64,000 bases of DNA from the human T2T-CHM13v2.0 reference genome, Homo sapiens (GCF_009914755.1 NC_060928.1), one strand, 5' to 3'; positions 26,291 to 38,877 are shown, numbered from the stretch's first letter. Notes: a model not told the origin generated them from the letters alone. A program made the numbers and translations.

Positions 26291-29200
26291 TCTTTGCTTT
26301 CATTGCTTCTTTAGCATTTATATTGAGGAAATCAAGAAAATGAGCCTCAACGGCAGTAGTTTTTATGCTCACCTACTCTCTCGTAACTCTATCCATGCTC
26401 TTTGTTCCTAAAGCTTTATTGTAAATCAATTATATTTACATATGTATATTACAAATATATAAAGAGTAACATTTATTTTTAAAATTATTCAATTAAAATA
26501 TAATGCTAAATTGTATTTTTAAATATTATTTAAGATACTTTTAAAATGTATTTCAAAAGAAAGAACAGTTCAAACTTTCATTAAGGAGTCACTTGTTAAA
26601 CAGTGCTGATTATGTAAAACAGTCACTTCGGAAGAAAAAATAATCATAAGGATTAATCCAAGCAATAATTATGCTGATGCTTTCCAAGGCTTTTGTATAA
26701 ATAAAATTAATTATATTTTATGGGAAAAAAGCACAAAAGTACTTCAGTTAAATTGTTTCTCAAATAAGAGGTTCAGAATTCCATGTTTCTTTGCCCTCAT
26801 ATAAAGTGAGTACATAAATCATTATTTGAGATATGAATGCTCATGCAGAACATTTAAAGGTAGATTCATGCAGTATAGTATTATTTCAAGTAATGCCTTA
26901 TCGCCATGTGCTTCCAGCTGAAAACCAACTGAAAAATAACATCCTGAGAGCTACAGAAAAGATTATTAAGCTAATGATTCCCCAAAAGGGAAAGAATATA
27001 CATAAATAGCAGTGGGGTGGATGGTCTAGATAAGGATTATATATTATGCATTCTGAATTATTATTTGAGAAACCACACTGTCAGCATACCTTTCATCATG
27101 TTAATAATAAGCAACAGGTGGTTCAAGGGTAAAAAATGATGGCATTTATCCGCTCCATTCCCTCCAGAAGTCATCTTTGCAAAAACATAACTGTCTTACT
27201 AAAATGGTAATACTAAAACCTGATGAAAGTTTTTCAAATAAATCAATATTTATTTTTAGGTGTTGCATATACTTCAAAACAGATATTTGCATAAAATGTA
27301 TCAGTAAATCCTTTTTAAAATTTATGTACAATTTTGATGGACTTTTTCCTTGAGATCCTAGAATAACTGAGAATGATATAGCAATAAAATCTCCATCTCT
27401 ATAGAAATTGACTCCATAAATTCTAGCATATTTAGCTCTATAGTAGGCAACTCAGCTTGTCTCAATAGTTTAAGTCAAACACATTCACAAACTGTCCAAG
27501 TCCCTCAATAATTTAATAAAGTAATTTGAATAAAATAAGAGAATACTAAGTTATTCAAAATTTAAAATACATTTTAGAGAAGAAAGCTTTTATCTCTGCT
27601 CTCATTGAAGATAGTAATACTCTTACAATTCTCCCAGCGAGGAATCTTGTGTAGTTGATTTTATTAAAAAAAAAAAACCCAAAACAAATAGAAAACAGCA
27701 TGCAACCAGTATTACCTACTAAATATATCCCATTGTTGGGAGGTCTTTCAAAAATTCATTTCTAGAAGATTTTAAAGCAGCCATTAAATAATGAAATGTC
27801 ATAATGTCAAACACTGTTCAAATACTGATGAAGTGTTCAATTTTCGTTTTTGTTTTTGATTTTGCCAAATGAGGGCATGATAAACAAATTTTCTTTAGGT
27901 TTAGGAATATCTCACTCGCTATCCTTTTTGCTTGTACTCAATATTGGTGTAAACTTAAAACAAATATGCAACGGGTATGCTTTTATAAGGGCATTTATTT
28001 AGCAATAAAATGATGCTTAAGCTTTGTTCATGAAGTATGTAGGCAAGGTTCTCCATTAAATATTCTCAATCAAATGGCTAAACCTAATTTTAAAGTAAAA
28101 ATTTGTGTTTCTTCAGGAATCCCTCTGCTAGATTTGGCTTGTCAGCTACTTCATGGAGAGGCTGAGAGAATGGGTTAGAGGAGGCAGGATGAAAGCTAGC
28201 CTAGGCTCCCTTTTATTTTCCTAAATGGTGACTGAGTCGGAGCTGATGAAAGAAGTTAACTCATCTCCACGTAGTGCACTGCAGATGGACTCCACGAGAA
28301 ATTCTCTCAAATGTCACGGTAAGGATTGGCAATGTGTCTAGGAATCACTCTCGCTCCAGTTCAGGCCTTCCGCGTTTTAAAGGGTGGGCTAGGGGCGGTA
28401 TTCAGCCAACAGGGCGGCCTCCTCACTGGGACAACCAAATTCAAGGCTTCCAGTTGTATCGTGCTCTGTACGTGAGCAGCTCTTACTGGGCTCCATTCAG
28501 ATCAGGTGAGGAAAATAAAAATGACTGGCAAGCCATGGCCACTAGCTTCAAGTGTGGAAACCTGGCTCCCTCTTAATAACCCTTTTGAAAACTCCCCAGG
28601 GGAGTCTATGGTTTAACTCTTTTATCGCTGTCACCTGCAATCCTCCCGCCCTCGCAACCTCTTCCCGCAGAGTTCAAGGCAGTGATTCATTTTGGAATAA
28701 AATATAATCAAATGCATTGCAAAGATGTTCTAGATTAAAGTCATGTCGAAGCACAAATCTGATCGACAATTTTATGTAAGCGGGAGCGTTCAACGAGTCC
28801 TTACTGGTGCCGCCAAACATCCTCCCACCCTTGGAGAGCGGGCATTTATAAATCTTACATCTTCCTACCTCCTCCCTCAAATTCCTTAATGGACCATTAG
28901 TGACAGGATCGATCCTAGTTACTTTAGTAGCGATACATCGCAAAGGCACATCTGCTGTGTTTACCAGTGCCAGAAACACCATTCAAAAGTTGAGAGGTTA
29001 GAGCCAGCACTTTGTAACCTTTGTGGGCCGGGAGGGGGCACAGGGGAGAGCAGGGTGGGGGAGGAAGAGTGTGAACCTGGTGAGACCTGAACTCCTGTGC
29101 ATCCAAGAAACAAGCCCTTGAACCAGCTGGGAGGGGGCAGCGGAACTGTGAACTTCTCCAGCAGCCCTGCGCCGCCGCGTTTCCCTAAACCCCTCTCCTC

Positions 29201-29299
29201 AGAAAACGGAGCCCACTCCCCACCCACATCCGGCGGCCGCGGCCCCCGCCTCGGAGCAGCGCGCGCGTGTGCCCGGGGATGTGGGTGCGCGGAACTTAC

Positions 29300-29488
29300 G
29301 TCTCGGAATTTGTTCCACTGTCCGACTTCCTTGTCATACTGAGAGATTGTGGTGAGCCATTGTTTATCATCCAGAAAATTACCGCCGTCCGACCGCCCCC
29401 CGGCTGCAGCCACCGCCGCGGCAGCTGCGAGAGACTGACTGCACCAAGCGGCTGCACACACACACAGTACGGCTGACACCTTGAGCAT
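29300..29488 (-). CDS. SPOCK3: Testican-3 (SPARC/osteonectin, CWCV and Kazal-like domains proteoglycan 3), first coding exon: signal peptide plus N-terminal testican region, 63 codons, phase-0 end
   Basis: Translation MLKVSAVLCVCAAAWCSQSLAAAAAVAAAGGRSDGGNFLDDKQWLTTISQYDKEVGQWNKFRD is recognised as the testican-3 N-terminus (family motif GNFLDDKQWLTTISQYD..WNKFRD). Minus-strand acceptor ctcctctcccag|ATG at 29489/29488 and donor CGAGAC|GTAAGT at 29300/29299. 189 nt = 63 codons. Confidence 0.97.
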
Positions 29489-29764
29489 CTGGGAGAGGAG
29501 ACACAACGGGGGGTGGGGGGGCATGTCAGTGTCAAATAAGGGGTACGAAGCCAGGAGCGACCCTGGAAAACATGCATTAGCAACGACGAGGGTAGAGGGA
29601 GGAGGAGACAAGCAGAGGCAAGCGTGTCCCCTCCCCGCAGGCTTTACCCCCAAAAGCCGGGCACTCACACACACGCAGACCCAGAGGAGGAGAGGTGGGT
29701 ATAAGGAAGCAAGCCCCAGCCGCAGCAGCCCGAGCGGGCACAAAACCGCTTCCTGGCACATCAC
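29489..29764 (-). other. SPOCK3: Intron 1 of SPOCK3 (276 nt, GT-AG)
   Basis: Minus strand reads GTGATG...tgtgtctcctctcccAG, with a pyrimidine tract before the AG. Confidence 0.7.
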
Positions 29765-29905
29765 CTTGTTGTGAGCCAGCACTGTGCTCGCAGCTCCTGC
29801 TGGAAATGCAGCCCTGCTCTGCCAACTCGCTGCTTTCTGGAGCTGCTGCACGCGCCGCCGTCTCGAGCCGTCCACTCAGCTCCCTGCGCCCGGCGCGCTC
29901 CCCCC
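29765..29905 (-). other. SPOCK3: Probable non-coding first exon (5' UTR) of SPOCK3; 5' end approximate
   Basis: The coding exon starts at a splice acceptor, so an upstream exon is required. Donor-like CACAACAAG|GTGATG at 29765/29764 lies inside the CpG island. The TSS is inferred from the GC-rich promoter, not seen directly. Confidence 0.7.
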
Positions 29906-30476
29906 ATCTCCACCCTCCCTTCGCGCGCGGATCTCCAGCTTACTCCCCTCCGTTCCCCCTCCCTCCCCGACCTCCGTTTTTTTCCTCTTCCACCTCCTCC
30001 TATCCCACCTTCCTCTCGCTGGATCCCAGCTACAGTTGGCTCCGGATAGGACGCTTGGCTGGAGCCAGAGGACGAGGTAGCTCCTAGCCTAGGAATCCTT
30101 ATCTGCTTTGTAACCTCTCCCCTCCAGAAGAGGTTCTCATGTTCGCGAGACAGCCTGCTCATTCTCTGCTCCTGGATTTAACACAAAGTGTACTATCTCT
30201 CGCAGTTGCCTCTGCTCCACAATTTCCAGGGTTGTCAGGCAGACGTGAGAAACAAGATCTGAGGAAAACTTTATGCATTAATAAATAAGAATACCTGGAC
30301 TTCCTACCCTGTAAAGCTCCTGAACTCAGCTCCTCCCTAAAGAAAGGCCATCTATCCACAAGGTCTTGGGAGATCTGTTTAATTTCAGAAAATTTAAAGT
30401 TTGCTGTGAGCTTCTGGATTACTACCGACAGCAAACTTTCATGTTAAAGGTTGCAGTTTCTTTTTTTCTTTTCCTT

Positions 30477-30500
30477 TGTGTGTGTGTGTGTGTGTGTGTG
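30477..30500. repeat. (TG)12 microsatellite upstream of SPOCK3 TSS
   Basis: Seen directly. Confidence 0.95.
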
Positions 30501-33500
30501 TTTTGTTTTGAGAGACAGAAGCATAACGAGGTAGGGCGTTTGAGAACACCTATATCTCCTACATACTGTAGCTGCATTTTTCCCTTTATAAAAACTCCCT
30601 GGCAACTTTATTTTAGAACGTAGAACCTGAATCGGAAACTTTAAAAGCCTACTGTCTCCCTCCTGCAAAATAAGACAGTTTTGAAGCCCGAACACCAATT
30701 TTGTATTCCAAACTTCCATTTATGACAAAATATTTGGCTTTCCATGTCGTTTCTACATATTCTAAATAAACTGGAAGGAAATCAGTAATTAGCCCCTTGT
30801 AGAGAAAATCTGATACAGAGAATCTCTCATATTTAGAGAATTTAGGTGAAGTGAATATTACACATAAATCAAGAAATGTCTGCAAGCCAATAGACTGCAA
30901 TAACATTATGAATCTCTATTTGAATTATTAGAGATTTCAGCCAAAACTACATCTCCCAAAGCTACGACCTTTGAACATTTCTTGTAGCCTCCAAAACTTC
31001 AGAAGCTATTCGAATAGCAGCAGTACACATTTTCCATATCAATCTCGTCTAACATTTTGCAATCTATATTAACAAAACGACCAAACTCAATGTTTAATGT
31101 TAATTTCCTTTTTTAATGTAATATTTCAAAATAAATGTATAATATGTATGGTAGGAAATATAAGTGTAATATTTATATAGGAAAGAAATTTCTATTACTA
31201 TTTTTAACTCAGAAAAAGATGTTTTTCTCAATTCCCCCCATTTCTACAGTGATGAATGCAATTAGTGGAGAAAAACACGGAACATACTACTGCAATTCAT
31301 GGGAGCCCTGATTGACACGAACAAATGTCAGAAAACTTTAAGAATATAGATGTGTGCTAATTCTTCAAAGATATTTATTTTTGCCTGTTCACAGAGGGTT
31401 ATTACCATGTAGTTTACATATTTAAATTCTTGTTTAGTAAATTTATTAAGACAATAGTAGGTGGTCCATTCTCCACTATCACCTTTTCCTGACCCCTGGT
31501 CCTTTGACCTCCCACACTCTCATCCTTAGCTCTCTTCCTCAAAATTTGAAGAAATACTTTATTATTAATAAGAATATCTCATCATGTTTTAAAACCTCAT
31601 TATTTCTAAATTTAAGTCTAATAGGGAAAGCACAGAAATTGTTTCTTACAAGAAACTGATACTTGGCAGAAGTCAGTAATTCTAAAAGTAAAAATGACCT
31701 TCTAACCTTTGTAACTTACCTTTTAAAAAGATAGTTGTTATTAGCTACAAAATACTTGATGAGGAATAATGCTCTAACACTCATCCCCTTCAGCATCTGC
31801 TATACATTTTAGCTCAATAACTGGCACCATCTAAGGCCAACATGGTCACCTTTAGATTTATGGAAGCACATATATTTATGTTTATACAGCATTTCCCCCC
31901 CAAATACGTCTATTTTGTGGCTGACTCTCCAATGTTCAGAGCATGTTTTCACATCTAGCTTTCACTGGCAGCTTCCCATACTGCAGCTCCACAGGGACGT
32001 CTCCAAGTTGTGAAATTTGTTGAAAACAAACAATGACAGTTGAATTCATCTTGGGAGAAATGCCTTTGATAGGGTTTTAAACTACAGATCTGAAGATAGA
32101 GTAGGATTTACTAGCAAATTGCAAGTTTAAAATTCTAAAGTCAAAAGAGGCAGAGTGAGCCTGTCTACAGTGTATTTGTGTTGGCCTGGTGTGGTCCAGT
32201 CACCTGACTGCTCCTACAGCTCCTTAAGCTTCTCTTTCCAAGCCATTGCCATTGTCTAGGCTAAGTGGGCATGTTGGTAGTGAGAGTCAAAGTCTAGTAG
32301 GTGTGATGTTGTGATGTTATTAATCACAGGGAAAGGTTTCTATCAGTTTCTCTATATATCAATATTTTGGTCCTCAAACAGCCTGCTTTCAAGGTTTAAA
32401 TAATCCTAGGAGAATTCACACTTCAGTTAACACCTTGGTTATCAGTTATCACCTCAGTGGGGATTCATTGAAAGCTTGCTGAGAGCAAAACACAGCAGAG
32501 AATAATAAGGGAAGAGTATTAGGTGGGCAGTAAGATATTGGAAGAGAGTAGTCAGGAGCCTTGTATGTCAAGGTAGGTGAGTAGACAAGAAATACTTCAC
32601 TGACTGCTTCCCAGATAGATGGAGAGCCAGTCTAAAAAACTGGAGAAGCCAAAAACGCAGAAAGTGGGGTGCAGCATATGAGGTGGGTAAAGTGAGACGC
32701 TGGTGCCAGGGCTGGGACTTGATTTTATTTTTCAGATCATGCTTTACAAAATTGGAACTCAGAGCAAGACACAGGGCTTCAGATTCCCAGCCCCTTTGTT
32801 GTCATTCTGCCACCTGATGCAGAAACATAGTTTAGATACATTATGAAAAGCCAATGCTGAGGCCACTGCTAGATTGAACTTTGCTTTCATATTTGTGTAT
32901 TTGTCCCTTTAGTTGTTCTTTCTCTCTAAACGTTCAGTAAATCAGTCCACAAATATCTATCATGAAAGATGTAAGGAACATTTTTGATAGGTATTATTTT
33001 AATTAAATGTATTTCTTCTGAAGGTTTCCTTACCCTCATTTTCAGACATGACACAGCTCTAGAAATAAAAATGCTAAGCATATATAATGACAGCTGGTCC
33101 ATTTCTAACCGCCTTTGAGGTTGGATCCATGACCTTCATATAACTCCATTTATTTAAATGCGTGCACAACGTGCACACACACACACACGGTGTGGTCTTT
33201 CATAGGTTATTTTTTTCCCCAACAACTATAAAAGCATGCTACTCCATTATCTGTAACCAACATGAGGATATGCAGGAAAGGTCCAATTTATTGCACATCT
33301 TCCATGTGCCACACACAGAGCCAGGCAATTTACATGCATGATACCTTTTAGCCTTCACTGCCTAAGATCCTATAGCTACTAAGTGCAAAGGAAAGTTCTG
33401 GAGAATGATCAAGCTACTTTGTTTCTAGATATTTTTTCTCTATGTAGAAATATCTCTGAATCATCTTCTGTTTATGCTCTTTAATTCTTCTGCCCCCATA

Positions 33501-36500
33501 TCTTTCCTTCTCCACCTGTTGCATATTTATTTATCTATCTCTATTTCAGTAAGAGCTAGGACTCATCTATAATTAAAGGCAGGAAAAGAGAGAATGGCTA
33601 CTTCAGGGAGCTTGCTAAGCTAGGCAGAAGCAGCTCCACTTGTATAATGAGCACCTTAGTCCCTGACTCAAATGATGACCCTGTCCACTGGAATCTTTCA
33701 TCTCAGCAGCATCAAGCCAGTAGCCCAGCAGGCAATCCGACTGGTTGGCTGAGAAGAGAATTAACCAAGACTGCCTCTCTCTCCTTATTGCAAAAGTGTT
33801 TGCCAATCAAGCAAGTGTTGTTTGTCTTCCCTGTAGGAATACATGCTTCCCATTACCTTCCCAGCTGGTGGAAGGTAAGGAGACATGTGCATTAAGGGAT
33901 TTCCAAGTGTCTGACTTCACCCAAAGCTGTAGTTTAATGATATATGAGTTAACCTAAAAACAAAATTTGGCCATTTCTGAAATATTTCATTATAAGGCTA
34001 GGGAAACAATACCTGATATATAAAAGTCAACCATCTAGAATGGTGCCTTATACCAAATCCATCTTTGAGTTTAAATTAAGCATATAAAAGAGGAAAAAAA
34101 ATGAAGGAAAACCCTGGGTATTAAAAACTCAGGAGTAAATTAAAGACGTCATAAAATGATGTCAAGAAGGAACACTCTATGTCTTCATTTTGGAATTGTG
34201 TTTACTGAAGTCTTGTAAGTCTTAAAAATCGTGTGTTCTTAATTTAATAGAAAGTAGCACCATTACTAGTATGTGCATTGAGGATATCAAAAACAAACAA
34301 AACCAGAATGGAATTTCTAGAATAGGATGTTAACAGACTTTTGTTGTTGTTCGTTTGTTTCTTTGTTTTTAGAGATGAACCCACTGAAGCAAACTTGGAA
34401 GATATTAGGTACCTAATTTGATAAACAGGACCTCTTGTGATTTAACTTAATCTAAAACATTCAGTAGATAAACAGACTTTAACAGCTGTAGTAGATATTG
34501 GAAACTCATTAGTCAGTTCAATTACTATAATTCTTAAAAAGGTATTTTTCAACATTTAAACCATAGGGTGAAACTGACTGAATTAACTGATTACTAAGGA
34601 GATGATAGGAAAATGGCCAATAAGGCAATTAAAGTTTGTGTTTTCTTTAAATTGAGATATATGTTTTGACTTTGTAAAATAAAGACTTTCTGAAAAGTTC
34701 AATGAGCATTAATTATAAATATTTAAATTTTCCTGAGGGCTATGAGACACTGACACAAAAAAGGATAAAATAAAATGTTTAAGAATATTTTAAAAATAAT
34801 TTCACTCTATGCCCATGCACAGAAAGACACACATTCTTATATTAAGACTATTAAATTTAAAAATTTGCATGTGAAAAAGGTTTCTAAAAACACCTCGGTT
34901 CTTGAGATTTATACCAATGTGTTTTTAAAATTTTGTTAAACCTGCATATTTATTAATGATCTTAATATAAAAATATATGGGGAGCCAGTTTATTCTTTGA
35001 CTCAGAATTCTACTTGGCTGAGTAAGGTATATTGTTCTAAAATGGCTATAGAGTTTCTATAGTCAAGATCTACAAAGAACCTTCTATGTTTATCTTTGTA
35101 AGTTGTTGTTTGTTTATTTTTAGCTGACCAGTGCAAAACGGGCATTATATATCATTCGCTGTTAAATTACCATGGGTTAGCTATTTTCAGAGGATAAAAA
35201 CTATCCCAAGTGCTATTGCAAATTCATGCCACTTATTTCTGTCCTCTTGGGTAAATGGAGAGTTCCCTTAATGTGAGGCAGTCATACTAAGAAGGAGTAT
35301 AAGGTTAAGATTACTGTCCATACATACCATGCCAAGCATCCCGTTTTCTACAAGATAAATGAAAGTAAGGAAAGGAATAGGATGTTAACAGGCTTTAACA
35401 GGCATTAGTTTAATTTTAGTTTAAAAATTAAACTAAAATGTGAAACAATTTTTAAATATGTTTATTGATTGTTCTCTAAATGTTATACAATAAGCTTCAA
35501 ACTAGGGATAAAAAATGTGGCTAAGTTGAAACATGATCTCTCACACTCTTGTGAGCAAAAACACATAATTTAATAATTTAATTAGAGTACAATGAGTGAA
35601 GATAGATAATATATGGAGCAGGTTTCTTCCTGAATTAATGAGGGCACTGAAATCTGAATGTATTGTCCTATAGAAATAAAAAGTTGACAGGTAGGCTTGA
35701 CCTCAGACAAACAGCTCAAACAAAGCTGGTGAGCTTCTCCATCATGTGCCAGTTCAATCAGTGGACTTTATAACATGAAACTTCAACCTTCCAAATTCAG
35801 GTGCCTTAAACAATGGCATAGCACTTACAAATCTCACATTATGGAAAAGGGAGAGATTCTTTTCCTAAAATTCATTCACAAGAAAAGAAGAGTTCCTCCA
35901 CCTTGGAAGCTTTAACAGTTCTGACCTTGTATCATATTGGTTTTCATCTGGTTACATGTCCAACCCTAAAATAATCCCTGGTGGCAAAGATGATGAGAAG
36001 TGGACAGTGATAACCCAACACTCAAGCAGTGATAGGAAACAGTCTCTACCAAATCTTTGATTTGTAAGTCTGAGAGGGACTAGTTCTTCAAAGAACAGAA
36101 GATTAGAGCACTGTTTCACCAATGGCAGGATCAAAGATGGCAAATGTAACCGATTTCTACCAGAGACTTGCAGGGGATACTGTGGGAGCAAAGAAAGGGG
36201 TCATTTAAGAGACAAGATGTGAACCTTGAAAAATAAGCCTTAATAGTCAGAAAAAGAGTGGTAAAAATAACATGTCTTGTGGAGGGAAGAAGGTAGATAA
36301 AATCAGAGAGATGTGAAATGACATGATGTTCACAATGATGTTTTTCCTTATCTAAAATGTTAATATATAGACACAAATAGAGTGTATAACACTAAGTGAA
36401 AAGTTGAAGCGAAAAAATATCTCTCTTAAAATAATGTTTTTGAAGTGTTTTTCAATCTAATATGCCTCACTTAGCTGCCTGGAAAGCTTTCTAGTGCTCA

Positions 36501-37096
36501 TTGATGCTCAGAGAATTCCCCTGTGAATCAAGCAAATTCTTGTCTTACTTTTTAGAACATAAATACACATGGGATAGCACAGATCAATAATGCAAACTCC
36601 TCTTTTGTTTTTTTTAATAAGTAAAATATTTTTGCTCTTACAATTTTTTAAACAGGCAACAATAATTTAAAAGTTTACTCTTCTAATCAAGCTCTGGGTT
36701 GCAATCAACAATGACACAGCTCAATTTAGCTCGGGTTGTACTGTGAATTGAGGTATTTTTTCTTGACTTTTTAAAGGAGTTTTTAATAACAAATTTAATT
36801 TTTTACTTGGTATAGGAACTATTCAGATTATATATTTCATCTTGGCTTGGTAGTGGGTGGATTTAGAGGAACTGATTCATTTCTCCCAAGTCTTTGAACT
36901 TACGAGTGTAAAGTTATTTGTACCATTCTCTTCACATGTTTCTTGTGGCTGCATGATCTGTAGTAATAGCGCCCGTTTTATTACCAATATTGGTGATTTG
37001 TTTCTTCATTCCACTTTTGTTGGTCTTGCTAGAGTTTTATGATTTTTTTTAATTTTTTGATAAATTAACTTTTTGTTTTATTGATTTTCTCTGTTA

Positions 37097-37186
37097 GTAC
37101 ATTGGTGCAAAAGTGACTGCAGTTTTTCCCATTACCTTTAATGACATTTAATGACAAAAACCTCAATTTCTTTTGCATCAACCTAA
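37097..37186. mobile_element. MADE1 (Hsmar1 mariner-derived MITE), near-palindromic
   Basis: ttggtgcaaaagtgactgcagtttttcccatt...aatgacaaaaacctcaatttcttttgcatcaacctaa matches the MADE1 inverted repeats. Confidence 0.88.
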
Positions 37187-38509
37187 CATATTCCTGGTTT
37201 CAATTTTATTAATTAAAAAAATCTTTATTATTTTCTTCCTTCTGCTTGTCTGGGTTATTTTGCTCCCTTTTTCTTAATGTCTTAAGGTAGGAAATTAGGT
37301 TATTAATTTTGGAATTTTCTTTTTTCCTAATTATAAGCATTTTGTGGAAGAAATTTCCCTCTCTGCACTGCTTTAGTTTCACCTCACATATTTTTATGTA
37401 TTTTGTGTTCATTTTTATTCGGTTCAATGTATTTTTGGTTTTCTTTCAGAATTCTTCTTTGACATAGGTTATTTAGAAATGTGTTGTTTAATTTCCAAAT
37501 GTTTGGAGATTTTTATATTTTTTATTATTAATTTCTAGTTTTTTCCAAATGGTCAGAGAACACATTCTGTATGATTCAATTCTTTTAAATTGGTTGAGAT
37601 TTATTTTATGGCCAAAGATCTTAGTTATTTTAGACAAGAAAATATACATACTTAACTTCTCATATTGAGGTTTTACCTCTTTGAACAAAACTTAAAAGAC
37701 CTTACCTTCATTTGTTACCTGGAATATTTTCTCTACATACATGAGGCAACACATTTAAATGGCATTATAATTTTTGCTTCAACCATCAAATATGATTTAA
37801 CTTATAAGAACAGTATTATTTTATTTACCCTACTTTTTACCCATTTTAATGTTCTTATTTCCTTTAGGAAGTTCTAAGACTATTTTTGGTTATCATTTTC
37901 TTTTTCTTTAGAAAACTTCCTTTAGCCATACTTCAAAGGTAGGTTTGCTAGTGATTCTTGTTTTCAGTTTTCTTTCATCTGGGACTGTCTCTATTTCTTC
38001 TTCATTCCTGAATGATAGTTTCACCAGATAGATAATTCATGGTTGACAGTACTTTTATTTTAGCACTTGGAAAATGATGCAACCTTTTCTTTTATGCCCC
38101 ATGGTTTCTGTTTCATATGTGAAATCCACTGTTATGTGAATTGTTATTCTCTATGTAACACAATCTCTCTCTCCAGACAATTTCAAGATGTTTTGCTTTA
38201 TTCTTAGTTTTCAGAAGCTTAGAATGTGTGGGGGGTATATTTATTTGGTGTTAATTCATCTCTTGAATTAGTAGGTCTGTGTCTCACCATATTTGGGGAG
38301 TATTTGCCCATTATTTTTTTCCAAGTACTTTGCCAGCATTTTTTTCTGAGTCCTCTTCTTTGACTCCAATAAATAAATGTTAGTTCTTTTGTTATTGGTT
38401 CACAGCTCACTGAGATTCCGTACTTTTTTAATAAATTCAATTGATGTGTTTACTGATTTTCAAGTTCACAGATTCTATGCCCGGTCAACTTTACCCTACC
38501 ACTTAGTGA

Positions 38510-38877
<368 letters not shown>

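Larger units (their letters stand above)
29140..30150. promoter_or_regulatory. CpG island / TATA-less promoter of SPOCK3, with a CpG-enriched shore down to ~28240
   Basis: Abrupt rise in GC and CpG density (gcgccgccgcg, gcgcgcgcgt, tcgcgcgcgg) against an AT-rich background. C-rich/G-rich Sp/KLF/MAZ-type tracts at 29895-30020. Confidence 0.9.

Noticed and set aside
29776-29798. REST/RE1-like site (cagcac...cagctcc)
   Set aside because: It lacks the GGACAG core and has the wrong spacing.
28961-29875. 304-aa ORF as a single-exon gene
   Set aside because: Only the 63 codons between canonical splice sites resemble testican-3. The rest is UTR and intron sequence in a GC-rich island.
29097-30162. 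Multiple overlapping 70-130 aa ORFs on both strands in the CpG island
   Set aside because: Expected from stop-codon scarcity in GC-rich DNA; no recognisable protein similarity.
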